A stretch of DNA of 64,000 nt from Octopus sinensis (taxonomy: Eukaryota): the NCBI RefSeq assembly GCF_006345805.1, contig NC_042997.1:49414001-49478000 (forward strand), written 5' to 3'. Under the pieces are notes generated by a model. That model saw nothing but the letters and a program-made list of their open reading frames with translations, was not told the DNA's origin and did not search any database. Below, piece after piece: positions 12,601-24,979 of the stretch; positions within the stretch are counted from its first letter, which is position 1; every line of letters begins with the position of its first letter. A program made the translations under genes and the position numbers.

Positions 12601-13252
12601 ATTGGCAATATTGCTTAAAATGTTATCTACAGAAAGGGGTGACTTAACGTCATACCAAATATACATTAGAGGTAGAGTGTATTTAAAACTTTAAAAGATT
12701 ACATGTGGAACATTCCAACAAAAACAGGAAGAACACCAGTATTGTTCTGATGTTGGTCTATGAGACGAGGAACAACAGTCCTGTACTTATATAAACGCCA
12801 GCCTCCCAGCGGATATGAAAGTATCACCTGAAGCTTTGAAATAAGAGAACATCTACGTGAACTAAAGCGGAACTTACAGCCGTTGCATCCACATTTAGAG
12901 ATATTCATTCGCGATTATTATCATAAATGCATTGGACTATGTGACATTATAATCTTTGGAAAAAGAAAAAACAAACTTTCAAGAGAAGAAGAAATCAAAC
13001 TAGGGCATGCCAAACTTCTGAGTTTAATGTAGGATAAAATGCGTGTATAGACGTGTATACGCATGTATGTATGTATGTATGTATGTATGTATGTCTGTCT
13101 GTCTGTCTGTCTGTATGTATGTATGTATGTATGTATGCATGAGTGTGTGCATGTGCGTATGTTTGTAAGTATGCGGATGTATGTGCACATGCAGAACGTT
13201 AAACTCGAATAAGCTGCGTATGCAAAAAATTCAGGTATACATTAATCCATGT

Positions 13253-13500
13253 GGAGGCGCGTGGCTTAGTGGTTAGGGTGTAAGAACCATGATCGTAAGA
13301 TTGTGGTTTCAATTCCTGGACCGGGCGATGCGTTCTTGAGCAAAACACTTCATTTCACGTTGCACCAGTCCACTCGGCTGGCAAAAATGAATAACGCTGC
13401 GATGGACTGGCGTCCCGTCCAGCTGGGGCACACATACGCCATAGAAATCGGGAAACCGGGCCCATGAGCCTGGCTAGGCTTGAAAAGGGCGCATTTATTT
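13253..13500 (+). mobile_element. tRNA-derived SINE, head type C with Meta-like central domain
   Basis: A box TGGCTTAGTGG, B box GGTTTCAATTCC, then TTCTTGAGCAAAACACTTCATTTCACGTTGCACCAGTCCACTC..AAAAATGA. The Meta label is from memory. Confidence 0.8.
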
Positions 13501-13944
13501 GTTTTTATTATACATTAATCCATACATATACACACACACACAAACAAAACGTATAGAGAAGTAAATTGAAATTGTGAATGAAAATGAAAAAGAAGCATGT
13601 CGGATATGTTTTTTGACCTTTTCTTCTCTCTCTCTCTTGGAACAACACACCATCAACGTAACGAAGTATCTTCTAATCCTAGACATTACCAAAATTGAGA
13701 AATAGGATTCTCTTTCCATATAAGGAACTGATACTTATCTATTCCCAGCCACTTGTATTTCAATTCTTAATAATCTCCATCTCATCTTGAAAAATCATCA
13801 GCTCGCTTTATTTAAAAACATTCCCTCGTCAGATAAACCTTCAGGCTTTGCAAGTCACTACTATTTCCTTTTTAGCTCTTTTTTTATATATATTACAACT
13901 GACATTTACAAGAATGTCGAATGATGGCAGTAGAGGTGAAGGGT

Positions 13945-14001
13945 AGTAGTGGTAGTGGTGATGGTGGTGGTGGTGGTGGTGGTGGTGGTGATGGTGGTAG
14001 C

Positions 14002-14087
<86 letters not shown>

Positions 14088-14103
14088 TAGTAGTAGTGGT
14101 GGT
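13945..14103. repeat. Compound (GGT)n/(AGT)n trinucleotide microsatellite
   Basis: Direct reading; similar tracts at 19265-19460, 20085-20165, 34384-34462 and 61455-61600. Confidence 0.95.
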
Positions 14104-14481
14104 GGCGTCCACTGACGCAAACGGTCGTTGTGTCTCCCCCATTATCAAATTCTCCCATATGCCACAATACTGATAAAGGTAAACCACCATTCATTTATGA
14201 GATGCAATTTCGATTCTCGGTTAGGGCGTATTGTTTATCTTTTAATCCAGGAGGAAGGGTAATTTCCCACATTCACTTACAGGGTCTCGAAAAACTGGTG
14301 AAAACGTGGGATGCGGGTAAGGATAGTTGTCCTCAGAGCAGAAACCCGTTTCAAGTGCTTGCAACAAAGTCAATTCCGCAAAAGTATACTCAATGGCAAA
14401 GTGGTAATACTAAACCGGTTGACAGATTAGAACTACCATCTACATTACGTCTTCAACATGTTGACATTATTTAACCGTCTT

Positions 14482-14700
14482 AGCTGGTGATCTAACAGAA
14501 TCGTCAGCACGCCGGGCAAAATGCTTAGTAGCATTTTGTCCATTTATACGTTCTGAGTCCAAATTCCACTAAGGTTGACTTTGCCTTTCATCCGTTCGGG
14601 TTAATGAAATAAATACTAGCGGAGTATTTGAATCGATGTAATCTACTTAACCTCTGCCTCGAACTTGTTGGCCTTGTGGTAAAATTTGGAACCAATATTT
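14482..14700 (+). mobile_element. SINE family A, degenerate
   Basis: CAGAATCGTCAGCACGCCGGGCAAAATGCTTAG..GTTCTGAGT.CAAATTCC..GACTTTGCCTTTCATCC core. Confidence 0.8.
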
Positions 14701-14774
14701 AACCTCCTACAGATGCAGCGTTGTCATCTCAAATGTAACGTCAGTATAGGGTGATCACTCAATATATGGCTGTG

Positions 14775-15060
14775 TCTTCATTGTTTGTGCCTTCTCGAAG
14801 CCATGCCTGGCTCATAAGGGCCAGTTTCTCGATTTCCTTGGGATGCTAGTGCGTCGCAGGTGAGTTGCAAGATGCAGGAGGAAAAAGTGAGAGAAAGTTG
14901 TGGCGAAAGAGTCAGCAGAAGTTCGCCATTACCTTCTGTCGGAGCCGCGTGGAGGTTAAGTATTTCGCTTATAAACACATACATCGTCCGGCCTGAGATT
15001 CGAACCTGCGAACCCTCGACCGCGAGTCCGCTGCTCTAACCACTAGGCCATGTGCCTCCA
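14775..15060 (-). mobile_element. tRNA-derived SINE, head type D
   Basis: Head GGAGGCACATGGCCTAGTGGTTAGAGCAGCGGACTCGCGGTCGAGGGTTCGCAGGTTCGAATC with clear A and B boxes; tail resembles that of 13253-13500. Confidence 0.85.
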
Positions 15061-15269
15061 CACTGTGTCTTCATGACTAGTGTTAATTTGAATCTCTGGT
15101 CTTGAATTATGTAAGCTTCTTGTGTCCTTCTTGTGTCCTTTTTTCAGATTCAAAGAGAAATTTGGAAACTGAGCCCTCTCAGCTAACAAAACGTTTTCCT
15201 CAATATTACGTAATACATACTTCTACCTCTTTAATGAAACAAGCTGAACCCGTGTGCATGTGTGTGTAT

Positions 15270-15307
<38 letters not shown>

Positions 15308-15663
15308 GAATGTGAAATTGTTATATATAATTGCTTTTTCCTTTGCTTGTAATTATTTCCAGTCAACTTTTTTTTCATGCTCAATTATTCATAACCCGCT
15401 GTATATTGGTAATGTAATAATTAGTGTCTGGTTATCAACCTTATAAACTTATGTAAATGAGTTATGTCAAGTGTAATATTGTTTATATTTTAATAACTCT
15501 CCATTACTGACATTCAGTAGCCTGGAAAGGGGGAGGGAACGAATTCTTATGAGCCGTAAAAACATCGGGACTTGTCGGTTCGAGGCAAACTGCCGAAAAA
15601 ATATCTTGTGATGCAAGCCAGAGGTCCGGTTTTACTGTGACGTCAAATATATGAGGAATTACT

Positions 15664-15729
<66 letters not shown>

Positions 15730-15880
15730 TGTTGGCAAGCTGTTTCCTTCTCAGTCTCCTGGGTCTGAGTTCAGTCCCACTGCATGATACCTTGGCCAGG
15801 TGTTTTCCACTACAGCCTTGAGCCAACCCAAGCTTTCTGAGATGATTTGGTATGCGGGAACCGTCGTATCTATCTGTCTG

Positions 15881-15967
<87 letters not shown>

Positions 15968-16758
15968 GTTTGTCTGTCTGTCTGAGGTTGTCCACTCACA
16001 CTGCTTGACAACCGGTGAGTGAGGAACAAACTGATAGAATAGGTAGCAAGCTTTAAAAAATAAGTACTGGACTCAAGAACACAATAAACAGTCCGGTCAG
16101 GGAAACGAACTCAGTACTTCATGATTGTGAGCCCGACATCCTGCAATAAATAATAAATGTGTGAATCTGAGAGGGGAACATGTTCAATAAAATCATTATA
16201 AACCAATCTTCCTGTATTTTCTTTGACCCCAAACCAGGAACATTTCAACACCCACTCCCCCTCGTATATCTGTATAAGTACTAAAGTGAAGGAATCCCTA
16301 TAAACTGTAAAAACAGCGTAATTGGTCGGTTCGAGGCAAGCTGCCGAAAATATGTTATGGTCTAAGCAAGGGATCAAATTTCAGTGTGAGACCAAATTTC
16401 AGCGTAAATATTTAGGGCGTTGGGGCCCATGATCGCCATTAGTTGTTGGTATGGTACAGGAAAAACAGCATGTATACAGTTATATTGTAATTATATTGCT
16501 ATTGGGTTCTTTTCGAATTGAAGTAATTGTGCACATTAGCGTCTAGCAAGCAATTGCTTCTAGTTGTTGTTGCTTTTGTTGATGTTAGGTCCTGGGTGAG
16601 CCCTATATTTAGATGCTTTCTAGCCGTGATCATCCCGGTATTTTTTTTTCATACACAATGCATTACTCGAATTTTTATCTGTATTTTTAAAATTATTTAT
16701 TTATTTTTTCAAACTCCGTTGAATTTGCCTTTCATTCTTTCGGAGTCGATGAAATAAG

Positions 16759-17241
16759 GGATCTTTTCCTTTTGAACGGCACTTTGTAACATAATTTCTA
16801 GGTAACTAAAAAGTTTTAAACTTCGTATAGTGGTAGAATGTGTTTATAAAACATCATTTTCTCTTGGCTTTATTGAGAAAATTCTATAGTTTGTAAGATA
16901 TTTCGTTTGAAATTACTTGCATTTCGTCAATTTTAACCAATCACTGACGTCCATTTAGGTAAATAACATTCTGTGCATAATGAATATGTCCCTCATTTAA
17001 GAAACAGATTGGGTTTATTTACATTTGTGAAAAAAAAAGGTACCCTTCCCCTACCCCTACCCCTAACTCTAACCCTAAATCTAAAATAGATCGATACTAG
17101 GGTTATAATTATGGGTGACAATTTCATACGACACCGCTACGGAAAATGGGATTTTTTTCTAGCGGTGTCAAATGAAAATGTCACCCATAATTATGGCTCT
17201 AGTATCGATCTATTGCATTTCAATCTATTTTAGATTTAGGG
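16759..17241. mobile_element. GGATCTTT-terminated non-autonomous DNA element with telomere-like CCCTAA tract and an adjoining 170-bp palindrome
   Basis: Starts GGATCTTTTCCTTTTGAACGGC; arm homologous to the TIRs at 26024-26637; CCCTA(A/C) tract at 17049-17077; inverted arms across 17073-17241 with loop 17140-17159. Confidence 0.7.
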
Positions 17242-17309
17242 TATTTTTTATTTCGATTTTGGAGACGAGATTCTCGATCAATTTCTCATTGTTGATATTA
17301 AACCTAACG

Positions 17310-17458
17310 GCAAGGCGGCGAGCTAGCAGAATCGTCAGTGCGCCGCACAAAATGCTTAGCGGCATTTCGTCCGTCTTTACGCTCTGAGTTAGACTTTGCC
17401 TTTCATCCTTTCATTCCTTCCCCTCGAAATTACTGGCCTTGTGCCAAAAGTTGAAACC
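17310..17458 (+). mobile_element. SINE family A with 16-bp target-site duplication
   Basis: GATATTAAACCTAACG at 17294-17309 and 17459-17474 flanks AAGGCGGCGAGCTAGCAGAA..GGCCTTGTGCCAAAAGTTGAAACC. Confidence 0.9.
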
Positions 17459-17775
17459 GATATTAAACCTAACGTTGTGTGTATAGCGTTTAACTTAGTT
17501 TATGTTATAAGGAAAAACAGGAGCATTGTAAAGTATCCATTTTTTTTTCGTCATACGGATAAGCGGGCCTTATAGATGTTAGTTAGTCAAAGGAGGAAGA
17601 AATATGAAAAAGGAGAAGGAAACGAAAGAGTTGCGGTGATTACCACAATTACAAGCCCTCCTAGACCGATGAAATCAATACGATTGGTGTTTAATATGAA
17701 TATTATTCGACATCAATAGTAATATATATATATATAAATGAAAGAATGGAGTCGAACGAAGATGTTAACAAAATT

Positions 17776-17869
17776 CCTTTACTCCCGACATATGTTTCGA
17801 AGACAACATGGTTTCATTCCAAAGGAATAAAGGGTGCATTATGCAATCTTCTCATCAGGCAAGAAAGGG
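17776..17869 (-). ncRNA. Type I hammerhead ribozyme in the 3' region of a Penelope-like element; predicted GUC cleavage between 17787 and 17786
   Basis: CCTTTCTTGC-CTGATGA-GAAGA..(43 nt)..TCTTC-GAAA-CATATG-TC-GGGAGTAAAGG: intact core, 5-bp stem II, palindromic ACATATGT stem III, stem I about 9 bp with one mismatch and a bulge. Confidence 0.82.
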
Positions 17870-18140
17870 ACCCTCTCTCGACAACAAGACACAGAAATTT
17901 CGATGACTGCCTACATGGTAAACAAAACGATAATGAGTGTTTTTTAAAAAAAACCATTAGAAGAATTGACGTCAAAGATAGACAGTTGGAAGAGAAGGGT
18001 TAAAGGAATAATAGGTAGGGAACAAGTGGAGAGGGAAGGGTACGTTGATTGAAAGAATGTTCGAAGGCTTAGGAAAGAATTTCACTATTGAAGTGGAGTG
18101 CACGTTAAGCTAATTGTTCAAACCACAGTGACTTTCGTTA

Positions 18141-18790
18141 TCATTTATATGAGTAGAAAGTATGTGTCTGCCTGTGTTTACATTTGTACGATCTCTCTAT
18201 GAGTGTGTTTACAGGGGAAACCTTAGAGAAGAAAATATGGAAGAGTTCAGAGTTGCAAATGTTACAAAATCTCCTGCCCTTATCAAAAAGAAAGGATACA
18301 GACAGTATGAACCAATCTAACTTGAAAATTATATTGTCTTTAAGACGCCAAACTAATTTACTTAGCCCTGTGCTATGTCGTTTTTTACTATCTCTGAATG
18401 TTGAGTAGTGGTTTGAAATTCTCTTGGATAACTGGGAAGTGGACGCTCCTATATAGAAGAAAACATCGGTACCGGGAGAAATTCTACACTGGTAAATAGA
18501 ATTCTTAATCTTAGAATTACTAGACAAAAATTTAATTCTGTTGGGGTTGTCCTCCGAGATCGAAAAAGGGTTCAAATACCGGGTAAGTCTTCTTTGCCGT
18601 CCATCCTTTGGATTTCGATAAAATTAGTACCAATCCATTTGTGGTGGATTGACTGAAATATTTGTTAGAGAGTCGGACAAGATATCTTCCGCTCTCTGTC
18701 GCAGCCCTTTGCTTTCTGGCTATAACAGCTGCGATGACACTGGCATTAAATAACATTTGTGCGACGGAGAGAAGAGGAGAGATTCGCATT
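18141..18790 (-). pseudogene. Penelope-like element C-terminal GIY-YIG endonuclease region
   Basis: NSIYQC..FFYIGAST..LSKRISNHYSTF..HSTGLSKLVWRLKD..W.IL..CNICNSEL..KCKH; upstream ATESGRYLVRLSNKYF resembles the PLE linker. Confidence 0.8.
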
Positions 18791-18864
18791 CGTGGGCGAC
18801 TGGCAGTCCTCTATCAACAGACCACTTCCAGACCTTCGCAGGCAAATGTACATATAATATTTTC

Positions 18865-18992
18865 TACTCTAGGTACAAGACCCTAAATTATTTTGGGGTG
18901 GGGGAGCCATTTGATTAGATTGACTCCAGTACGCAACTGGTACTTAATTTATTGACCCCGAAAGGATGAAATGCAAAGTCGACCTCGGCGGA
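18865..18992 (-). mobile_element. SINE family A, partial
   Basis: Reverse complement of CCGCCGAGGTCGACTTTGCATTTCATCCTTTCGGGGTCAATAAATTAAGTACCAGTTGCGTACTGG. Confidence 0.85.
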
Positions 18993-19381
18993 GCAAATGT
19001 AGATATAATGTCAACTCAGACCGATGGAATTCCCTCCCAACCCACAAGAAGAGGCTCGAAAAAGAAAGAAAATAAAAAAAATACACCTGTGTGATAATGA
19101 TCGTAGTATATCGAACAAAGGAATTTTTGCTAAGAAATTGGATTTACTAGATTTTGACTAGGTTTATATACGTAGAAGCAGCAGTAGCAGTAGTACAGCG
19201 TAAGATATATGAGTAATACTCTAATGTAGGTCGCATTTTGTTTCGGTTTAAATTTTCCTACGACGACAACCACTACCACCACCGCCACCACCACCACCAC
19301 CACGTCGGCCACCACCACCATTGACATCATGATCGCCAGTACTACTACCAGCGCAAGTCCTGTACCCTGCCATCCCACCAT

Positions 19382-19443
<62 letters not shown>

Positions 19444-20399
19444 TTACTACTACTACTACTCAGTTCCTTGACCAATGTCTGTTTTCTTTTTCATTTTCTT
19501 GTCCTTTCTTCTTTCTTATTTCCTTTTTTTAAAATTTTGACTTCCGACCTTTCACTTTTATTTCTATGTATCCATCCCCCCACCTCTGATTAAGAACATC
19601 TGTGGTATATAACGTAAAATGACGTTGCCGTTATGGCTACAACTGTTGTTGTTGTTGTTGCTGTTGCTGTTGCTGTTGAACATCCCTAAGCCAGCGCTCT
19701 GATTGGGCAGTCTTATGATCAAAAGACGCTCCAGTCATGTCTCTCTCACATTTATTATTATTTAAAAAAATTTCAAACTCCACAAGTTTGATTCGAAAGT
19801 GGTTCGAAAGAAAGTGTTGAAGGTTGCTATTTCTAGCATCCTCATTGGCTCTTGTGAAATGGCATGGAAAGGGTGTAACGTTATGTAGTGTGGCGAGGGG
19901 AGCATGCTGAGGAATGGTGAACTGAATCTAAAGTCATTATATACATTATTTTTTAATTATTAGTTATTTTGTTTGCTTTCCTGCAGTCGTGACCCGGCCA
20001 ATCCCATTCTGTCAGACACAACCTCTACAATTTATTTTATCTGTTAACTTTATTTCATTCATTAGTGGTGATCAGATAACGGTGATGACGATGATGACGA
20101 CGACGACGATGACGATGATGATGCTGACGACGGCGACGACGACTACAATGATGATGAGGATGATGACGATCGGGAAGTCGACGAGGTCAGCGGTGTCGGC
20201 GTCGGTGATGAATGGACTACTTTCTCATTAAGTGTTAATTTGAAGTGTTAAGTTACAGTCATTGGCGATGCTTGAATTCTTGGCAGTAGCCGCCGCCGCA
20301 GCAGCAGCATCAGTATTAGCTGTAATAATAAATTCTGATACAGGCTGCATCACGCTATCTTTGTACACGAACTCCCTCTTGTTTAACTTTTTAAAGTAT

Positions 20400-20950
20400 G
20401 AAGATCCGAAACATCATAACCTCGAGTTAAAAATAGTATTTTCATTCCATGTCAAAGACTAGCCGTCAATTACAAACCACAAATGAGTGTGAAACAGATT
20501 TGAGCTATTCTTTGGCACATCATCATTAAATGTGCATTATCAGCCTAGGACAAAAAAAAAAAAACAACAAAAAAAACCCCAAGAAAAAACAAAGGCAACA
20601 AAACAGTATCGAATTTTAAAACAAGCATCAAACATTATGACCTCGAGTTGAAAATAGTTTTCTCTCACGTCAAAGACAAGCCGTCATTAAAAAAAAAAGC
20701 TACAAATGAGAGTGGTACAGATTCCTGCTATTCTTTTACACATCATCATCAAAAGTGCATTAGCAGTTTAATAAAAAAGGGGGTGGTGGCATTATAAGGG
20801 AAATACAAACATTATGATCTCGAGTTGAAATAATATTTTTCTCTCACGTCGAAGACTAGCTGTCATTTAAAAAAAAACCTACAAGTGAGTGTGGAACAGA
20901 TTCCAACTGTTCTTTGGCTCATCATCTTAGAATATACATCAGAAGTTTAA
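20400..20950. repeat. Three diverged tandem copies of a ~145-bp unit with A-rich spacers
   Basis: AAACAT(C/T)AT(A/G)A(C/T)CTCGAGTT.AAA..GTC(A/G)AAGAC(T/A)AGC(C/T)GTCA..ACAA(A/G)TGAG..ACAGATT..TTCTTT..CATCATC starting near 20407, 20629 and 20807. Confidence 0.85.
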
Positions 20951-20956
20951 GAAGAA

Positions 20957-21692
20957 AGCGGCGAACTGGCAGAAACGTTTGCACGCCGGGCGAAATGTTT
21001 AGCGGTATTTCGTCTGCCGTTACGTTCTGAGTTCATATTCTGCCGAGGTCGACTTTGCCTTTCATCCTTTCGGGGTCGATAGATTAAGTACCAGTTACGC
21101 ACTGGATACCATAAGGAAAATATAAGTGCAAAGCATGATGTGTGGCCAAAGACACACTGCTTCGAATTCACTAAACCCAAATGTTTGAGACACTGCCAGA
21201 ATCGTTAAGCATGTCGAGCGAAATGCTTAGCGGCATTTCTCTCGTCTCTTCACGTTCTAAGTTCAAATTCCGTCCAGGTCGACTCTGCCTTTCATACTTT
21301 GGGGTCGATAACATAAGTACCAGTTGATCACTGGGACTTAGCTCCTCACCCGAAACTGCTAACGTAGTGCCAAAATTTGAAACCAGTATTTCAAATATGG
21401 TTGAAGGCGGCGAGCTGGCTGAATGCTTTGCGGTATTTCGTTCGTCTTCACGATCTGAGTTCAGATTTTGCCGAGGTTGACTTTACCTTTCATCTCTTCG
21501 GCCTCGATAAAATATTTCAAATATGGTTGAAGGCAGCAGGCTGGCAGAGTGCTTAACGGCATTTTGTTCGTCTTCACGAACTGAGTTCAAATTTCGCCGG
21601 AGTCGACTCTGCCTTTCATTCTTTCGGCTTCGATAAAATAAGTGCCAGTTGATGGCCTTGTACCAAAATTTGAAACTAATATTTCAAATATG
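20957..21692 (+). mobile_element. Cluster of four same-orientation SINE A copies
   Basis: Heads near 20957, 21195, 21403 and 21531; TATTTCAAATATG occurs three times between and after the last two copies. Confidence 0.88.
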
Positions 21693-22329
21693 ATAAACAT
21701 CCACTGGAGGATTTTTAGCTGGATAAAGTAATGAAATACTCGTCAAATTCTAAATGCTGCCACGAATTACAGCAGTAGACCATTCTATTTTTTGACGCAT
21801 ATTATTAACCAATTGGGCGGAATCTCTGATAGTTAAGTGTAGAAGCAGCAGATATCAAAGAACGGAGGACTATTTGGCTGGTAGTTCAGCATCCAAATGG
21901 AGATTCAATTAATTTGTAGAAGTCCTAATTTTTTAAAAGATGTTATCGGTAGAAAACAGATTAATTGGTTTTAGCCGAAAATTTATTCCACGTGTTCCAA
22001 ATAGCTTTCGTATCAGAAACAAGAGATCTCAGTATATAAATATATATTTGTGTGGCTGTGTGGTATGAAGTTGAATCTTTGTGGTTTTCGTCACTGTTTG
22101 CAATTTTGTTCCATTTGTTTTCAAATTTGGTATTCTCTTTTCTCTTCTCTTTTCTCTTCTCTTTTCTCTTTCTATGGATTAAGTTTTATATGCTAATTAT
22201 TATGAAAATGAAATTCATTTTTTCCTATAAATCCATAATTAAAAAGTTAATAGCCATTAAAATTTGCAGAATTTGGGTGTTTTAGTCAGTCAGAAGCAAG
22301 TATTTTACACTTTACCGTGGCGAAAAGCT

Positions 22330-22364
22330 GTTTCCATAGTAACCCAAAATGTTGCGCATGCGCA
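22330..22364. promoter_or_regulatory. RFX X-box-like motif next to a perfect NRF1-type palindrome
   Basis: GTTTCCATAGTAAC (22330-22343) and TGCGCATGCGCA (22353-22364). Motif match only; may lie inside a repeat. Confidence 0.3.
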
Positions 22365-22729
22365 CAAGGAACAGAAAGAGATACGAGAAAGATAGTCTTC
22401 TACTATAATAATATTCTTTTGTTTTTCTCAGTCACAACATATAAAAGAGAAAGGAAGGAGTGATAGATAAATAAGGAAGGAAGGGGTGATGTCAACCTGG
22501 TAGTGGAGCCGTTTCAATTCTGTGTGTATGTAAAAGGGAAGTATGTGAATGTTTGTATGTGTGAAAGCTTTTAAATATTTAATTTGCTTGCGAATGCTTT
22601 AATGTTAACTTCATTCCCGTTATTTCTAGCAATGTTTTGACATGTCGATGGTGGAAGCGGCAGTGAACGCGCTGTTTTCTGATTGGCTGAAAATTTCGAA
22701 AATTATCAAATTTTGAACACCTCTCTCTC

Positions 22730-23132
22730 TTTTACTCTTTTACTTGTTTCAGTCATTTGACTGCGGCCATGCTGGAGCACCGCCTTTAGTCGAGCAAATC
22801 GACCCCGGGACTTATTCTTTGTAAGCCCAGTACTTATTCTATCGGTCTCTTTTGCCGAACCGCTAAGTGACGGGGATGTAAACACACCAGCATCGATTGT
22901 CAAGCAATGCTAGGGGGACAAATACAGACACACAAACATATACACACACACATATATATACATATATACGACAGGCTTCTTTCAGTTTCTGTCTACCAAA
23001 TCCACTCACAAGGCTTTGGTCGGCCCGAGGCTATAGCAGAAGACACTTGCCCAAGATACCACGCAGTGGGACCGAACCCGGAACCATGTGGTTGGTTAGC
23101 AAGCTACTTACCACACAGCCACTCCTGCGCCT
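22730..23132 (-). mobile_element. SINE family B, full length
   Basis: Minus strand AGGCGCAGGAGTGGCTGTGTGGTAAGTAGC..CCGGGTTCGGTCCC.. to tail (GTAAAAGA)n. Confidence 0.92.
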
Positions 23133-23399
23133 ATAACACCTGTAACATTTTTGCAAAATTTTTCAAGAATAAACGAATACCAAATTCGGATTCAGCGTCA
23201 ACAATTACATCTATTTGATACATTATAAAATTTTTTTTAAGATAATTGTAAACAGTGGCGAAAAGCACAAAGATCCATGAAGTTTGCTTCTCAATCATCT
23301 GGTCCCGGATTTAGTCCCACTATAACCTCGGGTCGACTAAAGCCTGTAAGTGGATTTGGTGAACGTAAATTGAAAGAACTCCGTCATATATATATATAA

Positions 23400-23609
23400 A
23401 GGAAAGAAAAAATAATAATAAGGCAGAATGCTAAACTGAAGGCAAATTTTAATATAAATGGGTGTAAGAAAAATTAAAAAACGAAATCAAACCAGCTTTC
23501 AATCAGAAAGCCGGTTTGATTTCCTTTTTTAATTTTTCTTATACCCATTTATATTAAAATTTGCCTTCAGTTTAGCATTCTGCTTTATTATTACTTTTTT
23601 TCTTTTCCT
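23400..23609. repeat. Near-perfect 210-bp palindrome (about 100-bp arms, 5-nt loop)
   Basis: AGGAAAGAAAAA..AAACCAGCTTTC-AATCA-GAAAGCCGGTTT..TCTTTTCCT with only a few mismatches. Confidence 0.92.
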
Positions 23610-23673
23610 ATCATTTCTCCACGTGTGGTTAACACAACCTCACCATTTACTGACTTATATATATATATATATA

Positions 23674-23858
<185 letters not shown>

Positions 23859-23879
23859 AATATATATATAAGTATGAAA

Positions 23880-24480
23880 TATATTACTACTTCGACAGAG
23901 CATCTAACTGCAACAAATGACTGTGGAGGTGGGACAAGTGCAAGTGTGGGTAGTAAATGAATCAAGTAAGCGATCGTGTTCGGGCAAGAATATCTGATCT
24001 TAATATTATAAGTGTCGAAAAGATTGTTGTAATTATATGTCACTGATAAATACTGCAACCAAGTCATATAATCGATTAAATCCGTTTACCTTTTTCTTCA
24101 TGTTTCTATCTTGGCATAATATCGTTCTTTATACACACTAGTTTCTCGCTGAAGACACATTTATCTTGTACTTCGTTTAAATGGGAGTTATCTTGTTAAT
24201 GATGATCCTGTTGAAGGGTAGATAGGTGATTCTTATTCCCAATTATGGTTGAGAGGTAGTTGTAATTTATGTGAGTGCGTTTAGAGGAAAACCTATCTTT
24301 CCAAAGAAATGTTATACCTAGCACCTTTAACATCCCACGTCGGATTAGGAAAGAAGAAAATGTGATTTACTTAGATCGCTTCTCCAGTCCCTTAGAAAAT
24401 ATGGGGATGAAGAGGAAAGAAGTAAATGGGATTTACATAAAAAAAGTCTATATCGCTTTTCCAGTATTTCAGCAAACATG
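23880..24480 (-). pseudogene. Possible Penelope-like RT/linker relic
   Basis: [20 protein letters not shown] resembles the PLE motif K.FN...K.SYSC.N; the rest is heavily disrupted. Confidence 0.4.
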
Positions 24481-24815
24481 AGGACGAAGAATTTGAACGT
24501 TTTCCAGTATCATGGAGGATCGTCGATAAAGCTACTCCAAATGAAACAGCAGACATTTTATCTGACTGAAAAGGTCCAATTACTAAAGTATCTTGGAGAA
24601 AGAACTTGCTGACTTATCCTCACCGATGCTATACCGTTGCAAAGTTGATACATTAGTTTATTTATAAAATATTTCACCCGTATGAGCTTTTGTACACGGC
24701 TATAAGTGTTTGAATCATTAACATCATTTACAGATTTATAGTAAATATGTACATTATACAATACAGGCCGAGTATATTTGTTTTTCTTTTTTTATAAACA
24801 TGTACACATATACGC

Positions 24816-24850
<35 letters not shown>

Positions 24851-24859
24851 ATATATATA

Positions 24860-24979
<120 letters not shown>

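Noticed and set aside
14990-15060. tRNA gene (also other SINE heads)
   Set aside because: A and B boxes are present, but there is no complete acceptor stem and the sequence continues into SINE bodies.
20400-20950. C/D snoRNA cluster
   Set aside because: C-box-like ATGATGA is present, but no D box (CTGA) or terminal stem lies at a suitable distance.
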